This document shows positions 18,896 to 28,707 of a stretch of DNA of 64,000 nt, one piece after another. Within the stretch, counting starts at the first letter, position 1, and the number at the start of each line of letters is the position of its first letter. The DNA is taken from positions 148,624 to 212,623 of the forward strand of contig JANYDA010000032.1 of the NCBI GenBank assembly GCA_025360005.1, written 5' to 3'. The translations under genes were made by a program, and so were the position numbers. This DNA comes from Fibrobacteria bacterium (GTDB lineage: Bacteria > Fibrobacterota > Fibrobacteria > UBA11236). The notes under the pieces are model-generated. The model had not been told where the DNA came from. It did not search any database and saw nothing but the letters and a program-made list of their open reading frames with translations.

Positions 18896-20335
18896 TCAAA
18901 AAGCCTTGGTAGCCTGTTCGGAAGGGGTTGGCATGACGCTGGCGAAATGCTTGATTTCCGGCGGGGCCATGCGGGCCAGCAATTGATCGCGATGATCGCA
19001 GAACTCTTTCCATTCGAGCTTCTCAACGCCTTGCTTCGCTTCCATCTTGAGGGAGGCGGGGTTGATGTACTTTCCGTTGAATTCCACCCGGTAGTCCAGA
19101 TGCACGCCGGTGGCGAGGCCTGTCATTCCCATATACCCGATCAACTCGCCCTGCCTGACGCGCTTGCCGGAGTGGCATCCGGCGGCGAACCCATTGAGAT
19201 GCGCATAGTAAGTGTTATAGACGCCATTATGGCGGATCTTGATGGTGTTGCCGTAGCCGTTGACCCATTTGGTGTATTCCACCGTGCCGTCCCCGGCCGC
19301 CAGGATTTTGGTGTTCTTGGGGCCGCAATAATCGATGCCCCAATGCGGCCGGGTCACTCCCAGCACGGGATGCAGGCGGGCGGCGGAGAATCCGGAAGAG
19401 ACGTGCACGAAATTCAGCGGCGCTTTCATGAGCATTTTTTCCAGGCTGCGGCCTTCCTGGTTGTAATACTGGCCCTTGTAGAGGATGCCGAAATATTCCT
19501 TTCCCCGGTTCACGTACTTGGCGGACAGCACCCTGCCGTAGCCGCGGAAGGCGCCGTCTTCGCCGAAGCGTTTTTCCACCAGCAGACTGAACTCATCGCC
19601 GGCGCGCGGATCCTTGAAGAAGTCCAGATCCCAGGCGAAGATTTTGGTCACCTGCTGGATCAGCGCGCCCGTCTCCCCTTTGGATACGAAAGCCTCGTAG
19701 AGGTTGGAGGCCAGGGAGCCGTTCACGGCGAGGGTGTCCATCCGCGCGGGAATGTCCACGACGGCGTAGCTGAATTTTGCCGGAGGCGCCGGAACCGCTT
19801 CCACGGGCGCGGCCGGGGACTTTGCCGAGGCCTCCGCCGGCGGCGGAGGTTCCGGGTTTACCGCGGACAAGGAGGCGGAGGCAGTGCCGGGGCCCGTCCC
19901 GGAACCGGCCAATGCCAGGACATGCCTGCGTTCCGATCCGCGATCCTCGAGAATGAAGGACTGGAGTAACTTACCGGTTTCCGTAACACGGAAGATAACC
20001 CGGTAGGATTGGCCCGCGTAGAGCTTGAACCGGAAGTTCTCCTTGATGCCGGAAAGCAGCAGGGAGGACTCCGATGCGGGCAGAGCCAGGTTATGGACGA
20101 TGGAGTTGAAGCTTTCCCCAGCCTTTACCCGGCTGGACAGGGTATCGTATACGCTTGCAGGGGCCGGGGACGGCAAGGTAGCCGAGGTGGCTCTCCCATC
20201 CTGCCGGCAGCCTCCCAAAAAGGCCAATCCGGCCGATAAACACAAGCCTAGTGCCATGGCCTTGCGCACCGGTCGAGCTGGGGACCTATGTATATGCATT
20301 TGTATATGCATTTGCATTTCCTGATTCGGATTCAT
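18896..20335 (-). CDS. M23 family peptidoglycan endopeptidase (MepM-like), possible lipoprotein
   Basis: HWGIDY, GYGNTIKIRH, YAHL, TGLATGVHLDY; lipobox-like LGGC; GGAGG before ATG at 20335. Confidence 0.9.
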   Translation of the reverse strand: MNPNQEMQMHIQMHIHRSPARPVRKAMALGLCLSAGLAFLGGCRQDGRATSATLPSPAPASVYDTLSSRVKAGESFNSIVHNLALPASESSLLLSGIKENFRFKLYAGQSYRVIFRVTETGKLLQSFILEDRGSERRHVLALAGSGTGPGTASASLSAVNPEPPPPAEASAKSPAAPVEAVPAPPAKFSYAVVDIPARMDTLAVNGSLASNLYEAFVSKGETGALIQQVTKIFAWDLDFFKDPRAGDEFSLLVEKRFGEDGAFRGYGRVLSAKYVNRGKEYFGILYKGQYYNQEGRSLEKMLMKAPLNFVHVSSGFSAARLHPVLGVTRPHWGIDYCGPKNTKILAAGDGTVEYTKWVNGYGNTIKIRHNGVYNTYYAHLNGFAAGCHSGKRVRQGELIGYMGMTGLATGVHLDYRVEFNGKYINPASLKMEAKQGVEKLEWKEFCDHRDQLLARMAPPEIKHFASVMPTPSEQATKAF

Positions 20336-20598
20336 GGCTTCCTCCAAGCTCCGCCCCCAGTGCAGAGCCCGTTATCGTTAATTTGATGAATTCCGATTAT
20401 CCGCGCTGGCCACAGTTTTTTGCGGCCGGGCATGGGAAAATACCGGGGCTTTGGTTCCCGGTGGTACCAATATACTCCATGGCCTCAAACGCCGCCAAAC
20501 AAACCTTGGGGCGCTCGCGGGGGGGTTGGGGACATTGGGAACTTTTATTCCCGGGAAGAGTTTCCGGTGGGATGGAGGGACGCGGGAAGGAGGAGCGT

Positions 20599-21450
20599 TC
20601 AGGTACGGGGCGGACGAGCGTCATCCCCGCGCCCATATTCCGATTGGATAACCTGGCAGATGGATTGGGGCCGGCCCATGGTGGCGGCGATGGGTTCGTC
20701 GAGCATGGCCACGCAATTGCCCTTGAGGGTTTGCGCATCCAGCTTCCCGAGCGTGAAACGGAAAGCCCTGGTGAAGTCGCCGGCTCCGCCTTCCGTCACA
20801 ACCTTCACGGTGATACCGTAACTTCCCTGTTCCCAGTAACACCTATGGTTCAGGTCCGTATAGGCGGATACGCAGGCATCCTGTTTCTTGAATTCGCCGA
20901 TAAGATCTTCATGATCGATCTTGGCCTCCGCCGGCGGCAAACCGGACCCTGCGGGCTGGGAAGGACCGCCGCGGCGCTGGCGCCACTCCAGGATGCGTCG
21001 TTCGGTTTCTCGCCAATGATGATAGTAGGATTGCAGGATCCCTTTCACCTGCTGGAAACCTTCCACATCGTGGAATACGATGTTGTATTTGCGGGTATCG
21101 CCGGGCGTGACCAAAAAGGGATGAGGCATTTCCCAGGCCTTGGCTCCCGCGGGCGGGATCAGGAAATTGGGCTTGAAGGCTATCCATCGGAACTCGCGCC
21201 TGGCCTTGTCCTTTTCCGAGACCAGGGCCACATCCACGGATTTCACGAAGACTTCCCTGTCCATGGGACGCAGCACGCCCGCCAACGCGATCAGCGGACC
21301 GTTGGCGTCGAAGCCGACTTCGATGGAACCGCTTTCATAAAGCTCCAGGTGCTTCCGGCCCCCGGATTTCCGCACCAGGAACCAGATCCAGAATTGGGCC
21401 ACAGCCAGGATCGAAAGGATCCATGGGCCTTGTTCGCGCAGGGATCCCAT
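20599..21450 (-). CDS. Hypothetical protein with N-terminal membrane anchor
   Basis: 283-aa ORF with typical codon use; start overlaps the stop of the upstream Hpt gene (TGATG). Confidence 0.7.
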   Translation of the reverse strand: MGSLREQGPWILSILAVAQFWIWFLVRKSGGRKHLELYESGSIEVGFDANGPLIALAGVLRPMDREVFVKSVDVALVSEKDKARREFRWIAFKPNFLIPPAGAKAWEMPHPFLVTPGDTRKYNIVFHDVEGFQQVKGILQSYYHHWRETERRILEWRQRRGGPSQPAGSGLPPAEAKIDHEDLIGEFKKQDACVSAYTDLNHRCYWEQGSYGITVKVVTEGGAGDFTRAFRFTLGKLDAQTLKGNCVAMLDEPIAATMGRPQSICQVIQSEYGRGDDARPPRT

Positions 21451-21818
21451 CAGGATTTCTCCGCGATCCCCTGCCGCGCGATCAACAAGCAGGCCCGGGT
21501 CTCGGCGAAGGCGATCTCCAGATCGAACAGGATTTGGGAAACGGTCATGGTGGTCTCCTTGGGTCCGGAGGCTGCGGTCTCGGCGGCACCCGCCAGATCG
21601 CGGATGGACAGGGCCCCGATGTTATCGGCCAGGCATCGCAGGATATGCGCGGAAAGGGCCGCCTTCTTGAAGTCGCCGGCCTTCCCGCCTTCCCAGGCCT
21701 CCTGGATGCGCATCGGCGCTTCCTTCAGGAACATGTCGATCAGTTTGACCAGGTACTCTTCCGAGCGCTCCTGCTTGATCCGGGTGAGGACGTCGGCATC
21801 TAGGCATTTAACGGGCAT
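21450..21818 (-). CDS. Stand-alone Hpt domain protein
   Basis: LIDMFLKEAPMRIQEA...AALSAHILRCLADNIGA Hpt pattern. Confidence 0.75.
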   Translation of the reverse strand: MPVKCLDADVLTRIKQERSEEYLVKLIDMFLKEAPMRIQEAWEGGKAGDFKKAALSAHILRCLADNIGALSIRDLAGAAETAASGPKETTMTVSQILFDLEIAFAETRACLLIARQGIAEKS

Positions 21819-21945
21819 GGAACTGTCTCCCCTGGAAGCGTGGCCGCGTCCATCTCCATTGTATCCCAATGGCAAGGCCGGAGCAACGCCCTCCGCAGGC
21901 TTGCCCAGGGTAACCGGCCGTAAACGGGGATGCCGGGAAAGCGGT

Positions 21946-23481
21946 TCAGGTTTTACGCAGGATATTGCGGACACGGGCCACCAGTTCCAAGGGCGAGAAC
22001 GGCTTGACCAGGTAGTCATCGGCGCCCAGTTGGAATCCGCGGGCGATGTCCTTTTCCTTGCCCAGGGAAGTGAGCAGCAGGATGGGAAGATTGGCGGTAG
22101 CCTGGGAGGCCCGCAGCTTGGGCAGCAATTGCATCCCGTCAAGGCCCGCCAGCTTGGCGTCCAGGACGCACATGGAATACGCGCCGGTAGCCACCGCCGC
22201 CACGGCGGCTTTCCCGTCCGAGACATGCTTGATGCCGAACCCTTCGCGGCCCAGCCGGCTCTTGATGATGGCGGCGACGGTCTCATCACCCTCCGCCAGC
22301 AGGATGGAGCGGGGCTGATGGGTGGGCTTATCGGTAGAGGTGAGTACGCAGTTGCGGCCCTGGGCCTTGGCCAGGTACAGGAACCGATCGGCTTCGGCGA
22401 TGGCTTCTTCCACGGTCCAGGCGGCCGCGATTTCCGTGACCCCGGCGGAGAAGGTAACATGGAAGGTACGTCCGCCGGAAGCGGTGAACTTCTGGGCGGA
22501 AAGCGCTTCCAGGGCCTTGCGTACGGCCATGCCCGCGCCGTCCAGGCCGGTATTGGGGAACAGGGCGACGAACTCTTCCCCGCCCCAGCGGGCCAGCAGA
22601 TCCGATTTGCGCAAAGCGCCGGTGAGGATGGCGGAGGCCCGCCTCAACACTTCGTCGCCGGCGGCATGGCCGAAGGTATCGTTGATGTACTTGAACCGAT
22701 CCAGATCCAGGATTGCGGCCGAAACCGGTTCGCCGCGGCGGCTGGACAACGAGACGTTGCGGGCATAGGCTTCCCGGAAAGCCGCGCGGTTGGGCAGTCC
22801 GGTCAGGTGATCGCGGCGGGATTCGCGCAGGTTGCCTTCCGTGCGATAGAGCCAGGCGGAAACGGCCGCGCAGATGGTTTCCACCTCGAAAGGCTTTTCA
22901 TAATAGGCGTCCGCGCCCAGGGCGAAGCATTCCGTTTTCGGCTGGGCTCCCAGTTTGGCGGAAAGCACGATGACGGGAACGTTGGCGGTGGCGGGCTTTT
23001 CCTTGAGTCGCACCAGGAAATTCCGCCCGTCGGTGTCCGGCAGGATCAAATCCAGCAGGATCAGCGAGACCTTCTTATCATCCAGCATGGCCTCCGCCTC
23101 CTTGGCGGTGGCGGCGATCAGGATCTCCCGGTTGGAAGATTCCAGCACGGTGCGGAGCAGATCGGTGATATACGGATCATCGTCGATGAGAAGGATGCCC
23201 GCCTTGTCTTCCATTTCCGAGACGGCGCAGATTTCCTGGATCGTTTCCAGAAGTTTGTCGAGCGCGCCCGGGAAATCCGTTTCCGATGAGTCTTCCAGAG
23301 CGGCCGCATTCTCGGTGATCTCGGGGAAACCGTAGGTGGCTCCGGAACCCCGCAAGGTGTGGGCGATGCGGCGCACGGATTCGACGGGGCCGCGGCTTCC
23401 GTCCAATTCACGGCGGGCGGCCTTGAGCGCTTCTATGCGGGTGGCCAGGCCCGCGCGATACCACTTTTTCAGGTCTTCCAA
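21946..23481 (-). CDS. Diguanylate cyclase response regulator (Hpt-REC-GGDEF-REC)
   Basis: AHTLRGSGATYG; ILLIDDD/LDLILPDTDG/KPF; RKSDLLARWGGEEF; C-terminal REC ending DDYLVKPFSPLEL. Confidence 0.92.
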   Translation of the reverse strand: MEDLKKWYRAGLATRIEALKAARRELDGSRGPVESVRRIAHTLRGSGATYGFPEITENAAALEDSSETDFPGALDKLLETIQEICAVSEMEDKAGILLIDDDPYITDLLRTVLESSNREILIAATAKEAEAMLDDKKVSLILLDLILPDTDGRNFLVRLKEKPATANVPVIVLSAKLGAQPKTECFALGADAYYEKPFEVETICAAVSAWLYRTEGNLRESRRDHLTGLPNRAAFREAYARNVSLSSRRGEPVSAAILDLDRFKYINDTFGHAAGDEVLRRASAILTGALRKSDLLARWGGEEFVALFPNTGLDGAGMAVRKALEALSAQKFTASGGRTFHVTFSAGVTEIAAAWTVEEAIAEADRFLYLAKAQGRNCVLTSTDKPTHQPRSILLAEGDETVAAIIKSRLGREGFGIKHVSDGKAAVAAVATGAYSMCVLDAKLAGLDGMQLLPKLRASQATANLPILLLTSLGKEKDIARGFQLGADDYLVKPFSPLELVARVRNILRKT

Positions 23482-23487
23482 CTAAAC

Positions 23488-23862
23488 TTATCCCGCCCGG
23501 TACCCGAACGCGTTCTTTTCCTTCTGCAACCAGGAATTCGCGTGGCCCAGCATGTCGTTCAACTGGCACAGGAGCGGGAGAACGATGTCCTTGGCCCCGT
23601 CCTCCGCGAGCCGGTTGATGCGGACGGCCAAATCGCTTATCTCCGTAGCACCCACGTTACCTGCCGCGCTCCCGATGGACCGCACGGCGCGGCCTAGGCC
23701 GGTAAGATCGCCGGCGCGGCCGCGGTCGCAGGCATCATCCATCCGCAGCGGCACTTTTTCCAGGAATTGATCGATGACCTTGGCCATCAGCGCCACTCCG
23801 CCGGTGCGTTCCAGGCTGTCCAGCGCCCTCCTGTCGAAGGGCCCTTCCGTCATCGCAAGCAT
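23488..23862 (-). CDS. Hpt-like protein lacking the conserved His
   Basis: VIDQFLEKVP...GDLTGLGRAVRSIGSAAGNVGA Hpt-like helix pattern. Confidence 0.7.
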   Translation of the reverse strand: MLAMTEGPFDRRALDSLERTGGVALMAKVIDQFLEKVPLRMDDACDRGRAGDLTGLGRAVRSIGSAAGNVGATEISDLAVRINRLAEDGAKDIVLPLLCQLNDMLGHANSWLQKEKNAFGYRAG

Positions 23863-24148
23863 ACCGTGCTCCGGGTCATGATCTTGGTATTAAGGATCGC
23901 AATCCTATTCTACCACGCGGTTTTCTCATTTGCCTAGTGCGGGCACGCGCGATCGCCGGGCGTGGGCGCGCCTATCGGGAGCTTCCCTACGCGGCGGTAC
24001 ATTTGACGTTTTTGGGGCCCGTCCCTGCGCCGGCCCGGCCGTTACCGCGCCGGGTCGGGAACGCGTCAAACCATGGTGGCGTCAGGAGTTAATTGGTGAG
24101 CGCGCCTTTTTTTAATACAGTTTACCCTTCCCCAACCAGGATCGATAC

Positions 24149-24829
24149 TTGGGCAATGATTTTCCGAAACCGGCCGCGAGGTTGGGAGCCATTTTCGATT
24201 GGGACGGGGTGGTCATCGATTCGTCCCGGCATCATGAAGAGAGTTGGAACCGGTTGGCTGCGGAGGAAAACCTTCTCTTGCCGGAAGGCCACTTCCTCAG
24301 GGGCTTCGGCATGAAGAACGAAGCCATCATTCCGGGCATATTGCATTGGACCGATGATGAAGCCGGGATCCGCCGCCTGTCCCTTCGCAAGGAAGTCCTT
24401 TACCGCGCTATCATCCGCGAGCGCGGCCTGGAGCCATTGCCGGGCGTACGCATCTTTCTGGAACGCTTGCGCGAGGCGGGCATACCTCGCGTCATCGGGT
24501 CTTCCACCCATCGCCTCAACATCATCACCTCCCTGGAAATCCTGGGATTGGCGGACTTCTTCGCCGCCATCGTTTCCGCGGAAGACGTACGGCAAGGCAA
24601 GCCGGACCCGGACGTATTCCTCCAGGCGGCAGCCAGGATCGGGCGCGCGCCCGCCGACTGCGTGGTCTTCGAGGACGCGCCCATGGGCGTGGAGGCGGCC
24701 TTGGCCGGGGGCATGAAGGCCGTGGGCGTAGCCGGCACGCACGGCAATTCCGTCCTGGCCAGGGCCCACAAGGTGGTCCGCCGCTTGGATGAACTGGATG
24801 AAAGCGGACTGGAGGCGCTCTTTGCCTGA
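24149..24829 (+). CDS. HAD family phosphatase (beta-phosphoglucomutase/CbbY-like)
   Basis: IFDWDGVVIDS, GKPDPDVF, VFEDAPMG. Confidence 0.9.
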   Translation: MGNDFPKPAARLGAIFDWDGVVIDSSRHHEESWNRLAAEENLLLPEGHFLRGFGMKNEAIIPGILHWTDDEAGIRRLSLRKEVLYRAIIRERGLEPLPGVRIFLERLREAGIPRVIGSSTHRLNIITSLEILGLADFFAAIVSAEDVRQGKPDPDVFLQAAARIGRAPADCVVFEDAPMGVEAALAGGMKAVGVAGTHGNSVLARAHKVVRRLDELDESGLEALFA

Positions 24830-26489
24830 TTCCGGGGACGGCGCGGACGGCACCGGATCCGAGCGGGGCCGCAAAGCGGAGATCGGGCTTCGGCTCACCC
24901 GCGAGCAACGCGAGCATGTGCGCCGGGAAGTCATCCGCCGCACCGTGGAAGACCATAAGGAGATGGTCCGCAACTCGCGGGACCTGAGCCTGGAAGTCAT
25001 CATCAACGACGCCGTTTACCAGGAACACGAGCGCCTGCGGGGCGCGAAACGCGGCAAAGAGGACCGGGAGCAGTTGCGCTTCTGGAACCAGGTGGGGAGG
25101 GAGTTCCCCCGGGTTTCCGAAGAGGAGCGGGAACGGATCCTGGAGCGCATCGCCGGCATGTATGTGGATGAGATCATGGGATACTTCAATCCCGTGGTGC
25201 ATAAGGTAGCGGCCAAGATACTCCCCTGGGGTCTCAAGGCCATGCTCAGCCGCTTCTCCCCCGCCGCCTGGCTCAAATACCTGGGCACGCGCCTCAACCT
25301 GGAAGAGAACATCATCATCAGCGGGCCCTTGGACCACATCCGCCGCCTGGCCGGGCGCGCCACCCTGATCATGACGCCCACCCACGTCAGCAACCTGGAC
25401 AGCGTGGTGATAGGGCTGGGGCTGTACCAGAAGCGGCTGCCGCCCTTCACTTACGGGGCCGGCCTCAACCTGTTCAGCAATCCCGTGATCTCCTTTTTCA
25501 TGAACAACCTGGGCGCCTACAAGGTGGACCGCCGCAAGCAGAACGGCATCTACAAAAACGCCTTAAAGCATTACGCCACTCTTTCCATGGAGATGGGCCA
25601 GCACAACCTGTTCTTCCCCGGCGGCACCCGCAGCCGCAGCGGCGAGGTGGAGCAGAAGCTCAAGCTGGGTCTTTTGGGCTGCGGGGTGAACGTATACGTG
25701 TCCAACCTGCTGGCGGATAAACCCGATCCGGATCTCTTCGTGATCCCTTGCACGCTTTCCTGCGGATTGGTGCTGGAAGCCCAGTCCCTAATCGAGGATC
25801 ATCTCAAGGAAACCGGCAAGAGCCGCTACATCCGCACCCGCAGCGATTTCAGCCGCCCCATGCGCGTCCTGAAATTCTGGCGCAACCTGCAAAGCATGAA
25901 CTCCCGCATCCACATGCATTTCGGCGAGCCCTTGGACTTGTTCGGCAACCGGGTGGATGAGGACGGCGTCAGCCGCGACTCCCACGGCCGCCCCGTGGAC
26001 CGCCGCAAATACGTGGAGACCGCGGGCGGGCCCCGGCACCACCCCCAGCGCGATCAGGAATACACGCGCGAGCTGGGCAGGAGCATCCTCAAAGCCTTCC
26101 GCCGCGACAACGTGGCCATGAGCACGCATGCCTCCGCCTTCGCCGCTTTTACCGCGATGCGCCGCCGCTCGCCGCAATACGATCTGTACCGCATCCTCCG
26201 CACCGCGGGCCCGGAGCACGCCGTGCCGCTGGCCGATATCCACGCGGAACTCGCCGCGCTGCTGGAAAGGCTGCGGGTCATGGAGTCGCGCGGGGAAATC
26301 CTGCTGGCCGACGATGTCCGGGAAGCCGGCGCCGGCGAGGTTTTCGCCAAGGCCATGGTGCATTTCGCATCCTTCCACGACGGGGAGGTGCTTTTGCGGG
26401 GAAGCGGAGGCATCTATACGGAGAACATGAAATTGCTCTATTATTATCGCAACCGCCTGGACCATTATGGACTGGACAAGAAGGAGTGA
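24822..26489 (+). CDS. Glycerol-3-phosphate/DHAP acyltransferase (PlsB-like)
   Basis: PTHVSNLD (HxxxxD), AGLNL, FFPGGTRSRSG; GGAGG upstream of TTG at 24822. Confidence 0.85.
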   Translation: MPDSGDGADGTGSERGRKAEIGLRLTREQREHVRREVIRRTVEDHKEMVRNSRDLSLEVIINDAVYQEHERLRGAKRGKEDREQLRFWNQVGREFPRVSEEERERILERIAGMYVDEIMGYFNPVVHKVAAKILPWGLKAMLSRFSPAAWLKYLGTRLNLEENIIISGPLDHIRRLAGRATLIMTPTHVSNLDSVVIGLGLYQKRLPPFTYGAGLNLFSNPVISFFMNNLGAYKVDRRKQNGIYKNALKHYATLSMEMGQHNLFFPGGTRSRSGEVEQKLKLGLLGCGVNVYVSNLLADKPDPDLFVIPCTLSCGLVLEAQSLIEDHLKETGKSRYIRTRSDFSRPMRVLKFWRNLQSMNSRIHMHFGEPLDLFGNRVDEDGVSRDSHGRPVDRRKYVETAGGPRHHPQRDQEYTRELGRSILKAFRRDNVAMSTHASAFAAFTAMRRRSPQYDLYRILRTAGPEHAVPLADIHAELAALLERLRVMESRGEILLADDVREAGAGEVFAKAMVHFASFHDGEVLLRGSGGIYTENMKLLYYYRNRLDHYGLDKKE

Positions 26490-27544
26490 AAACCGGGAGC
26501 ATGGAAACCATCGGCATCATCGGCGGCGGCAGTTTCGGAAGCGCCTTGGCGGACATGATCGGCACCAAAGGGCATCCCGTGCTGCAATGGTTCCGCACCG
26601 GGGAGGGCGCGGATCGTTTCAATGCATCGCTTGAGAACGCCAAATACCTGCCGGGCATCTCACTCAGCGCCAACATCATCGCCACCGCCGACCTGGAACG
26701 CGTGGCGCGTCATTGCAAATTGATCATCGTATCGGTTCCCAGCCAGCATTTCCGCCAGGTTGCGGGCATGCTCGGGGACTGGGTGGACGGCAGCCAGCTC
26801 CTGGTCTCCACCACCAAAGGCATCGAAGCCCACTCCTTCAAGCTGATGACGGAAGTATTGCGGGAAGAAACCTGCTGTCTCAAAATCGGCGCCCTGAGCG
26901 GTCCCAACCTGGCCAAAGAGATCGCTGCCAAGAAGCCCAGCGGATCGGTGATCGCCAGCCGTTACGAGGAGGTTACCCAGAAGGTTCAGGAAGTGCTTTC
27001 CGGCCCGTATTTCCGGGTCTACAGCAACACGGATGTGTACGGGGTGGAGTTGGGCGGCGTGCTCAAGAACGTATACGCCATCGCCACGGGATTGGTGGCC
27101 TCCTTGAAGATGGGCGACAACACCATCGGCATGATCATCACGCGCGCGCTGGCGGAGATGAGCCGTTTCGCGGAGCGGATGGGATCCAATCCCCTGACCT
27201 TCCTGGGCCTGGCGGGCGTGGGCGATCTGGTCACCACATGCACGTCTCCCTTATCGCGCAACTATCGGGTGGGGCTCATGATCGGCCAAGGGTCAAGCCT
27301 GGAGGCCGCCGTGGCCGCCATCGGGGAAGTGGCGGAAGGCGTCAACACCATCCGCATCGTCAAGGAGAAAGCCGCCCAAATCGGCATCCGCATGCATATC
27401 CTGGAGGGCCTGCACGCCCTGCTTTTCGAGGGCAGGGATCTTCCCGCCGTGATCAAGCAATTGATGAACGTTCCGCAGATGGAAGACGTCGAATTCGCAT
27501 ACCGGCCCGGCACCAATGCCGGAGCCGGATCCAACCCCGCTTAA
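26486..27544 (+). CDS. gpsA: NAD(P)H-dependent glycerol-3-phosphate dehydrogenase
   Basis: IGGGSFGSALA, TKGIE, LSGPNLAKE, GVELGGVLKNVYAI, GLAGVGDLVTTC. Confidence 0.96.
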   Translation: MKTGSMETIGIIGGGSFGSALADMIGTKGHPVLQWFRTGEGADRFNASLENAKYLPGISLSANIIATADLERVARHCKLIIVSVPSQHFRQVAGMLGDWVDGSQLLVSTTKGIEAHSFKLMTEVLREETCCLKIGALSGPNLAKEIAAKKPSGSVIASRYEEVTQKVQEVLSGPYFRVYSNTDVYGVELGGVLKNVYAIATGLVASLKMGDNTIGMIITRALAEMSRFAERMGSNPLTFLGLAGVGDLVTTCTSPLSRNYRVGLMIGQGSSLEAAVAAIGEVAEGVNTIRIVKEKAAQIGIRMHILEGLHALLFEGRDLPAVIKQLMNVPQMEDVEFAYRPGTNAGAGSNPA

Positions 27545-27555
27545 AGGAGCCCGCC

Positions 27556-28707
27556 GTGCCCGCCCGCAGCCTCGTCATCCTCAGCGTATCGGCGGGAGCC
27601 GGCCATGTGCGGGCCGCCGAGGCCCTGCGTGCCAAAGCGACGGAAGCCTACCCCGGCGTGAACGCCATCCACCTGGACCTGATGGAATGGGTACCCGCCA
27701 TGTTCCGCAAGGTCTATGCGGAGTCCTTCCTGTATGTGGTGGAACGCTACCCGGAGATCTGGGGCTACCTGTACGGCCGCACCGATAAGGCTCCCAAGGA
27801 ATATTCCAAAACCGAAGGCCTGCGCAAGGCTTTGGAACGGTTGAATACGGTGCGCTTCATGAAGGTGCTCAAGGACCTCAATCCCGATCATGTCATCTGC
27901 ACGCATTTCCTGCCCGCCCAATTGCTGTCCCGGAAGATCCGCAAAGGCGTTTTCAAGCTGCCTGTCTGGGTGCAGGTCACCGACTTCGACGTCCATCGCC
28001 TGTGGATCCACCCCAACCTGGCCGGATACTTCGCCGCCAGCGAAGAAGTGGCCTGGCGCATGGCGGACAAGGGAGCGGACCCACGTACCATTCAGGTTAC
28101 CGGCATCCCCATTATGCCCGTCTTTTCGTCCCGCCTGGACAAGGCGGAATGCGCGCGCGGACTGGGTTTGGATCCGGCCAAGCCGGTATTGGCCCTGATG
28201 GCGGGAGGCGCGGGGGTAGGCGCCGGAACGGGCGGGGACGGCATGGATGGGACCGCGGCGCGCCTGTTGGCCATGTCCGGGGATTTCCAGCTGGTGGCCT
28301 TGGCGGGCCGCAACGAAAAGCTCCTGGCGGATCTGAACCGGCTGGCGGAAGCCCATCCCGGCCGTCTGGTCCCGATGGGCTTCACACGCACCATCGAGCG
28401 CATCATGAAAGCCTCCGACGTGGCCATCACCAAACCGGGAGGGCTCACATCGTCCGAATGCCTGGCCATGGGTCTTCCCATGATCCTGGTCAACCCCATT
28501 CCGGGCCAGGAGGAACGCAACGCGGACTACCTGCTGGAGAACGGCGCCGCCCTCAAAGCCTATGACGCCGCCGGACTGGAATTCCGCGTCAGGGATCTGC
28601 TTGCCAATCCAAGCCGTTTGGAGTCGTTGCGCAGAAACGCTTTGGCCTTGGGCAAACCGGATGCGGCCGCGGCGGTACTCGGGAAAGTTTTGGGGCCGCC
28701 CCGGTGA
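27556..28707 (+). CDS. MGDG synthase/UgtP-like diacylglycerol glycosyltransferase (GT28)
   Basis: SAGAGHVRAAEAL, VICTHFLP, TGIPI, ITKPGGLTSSE, PIPGQEERN; AAGGAG before GTG. Confidence 0.9.
   Translation: MPARSLVILSVSAGAGHVRAAEALRAKATEAYPGVNAIHLDLMEWVPAMFRKVYAESFLYVVERYPEIWGYLYGRTDKAPKEYSKTEGLRKALERLNTVRFMKVLKDLNPDHVICTHFLPAQLLSRKIRKGVFKLPVWVQVTDFDVHRLWIHPNLAGYFAASEEVAWRMADKGADPRTIQVTGIPIMPVFSSRLDKAECARGLGLDPAKPVLALMAGGAGVGAGTGGDGMDGTAARLLAMSGDFQLVALAGRNEKLLADLNRLAEAHPGRLVPMGFTRTIERIMKASDVAITKPGGLTSSECLAMGLPMILVNPIPGQEERNADYLLENGAALKAYDAAGLEFRVRDLLANPSRLESLRRNALALGKPDAAAAVLGKVLGPPR

Noticed and set aside
21819..22460. N-terminal extension of ORF 21450-22460
   Set aside because: Out-of-frame overlap with the diguanylate cyclase. 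Only the last 122 codons look like a real Hpt protein.
20251..23289. 1012-aa + strand ORF
   Set aside because: Antisense shadow of the Hpt/GGDEF genes. GC-rich codon bias suppresses stops on the opposite strand and it has no recognisable motifs.
26713..27555. Upstream extension of the GT28 ORF
   Set aside because: Overlaps gpsA in another frame. A GTG with AAGGAG RBS at 27556 fits the family N-terminus.
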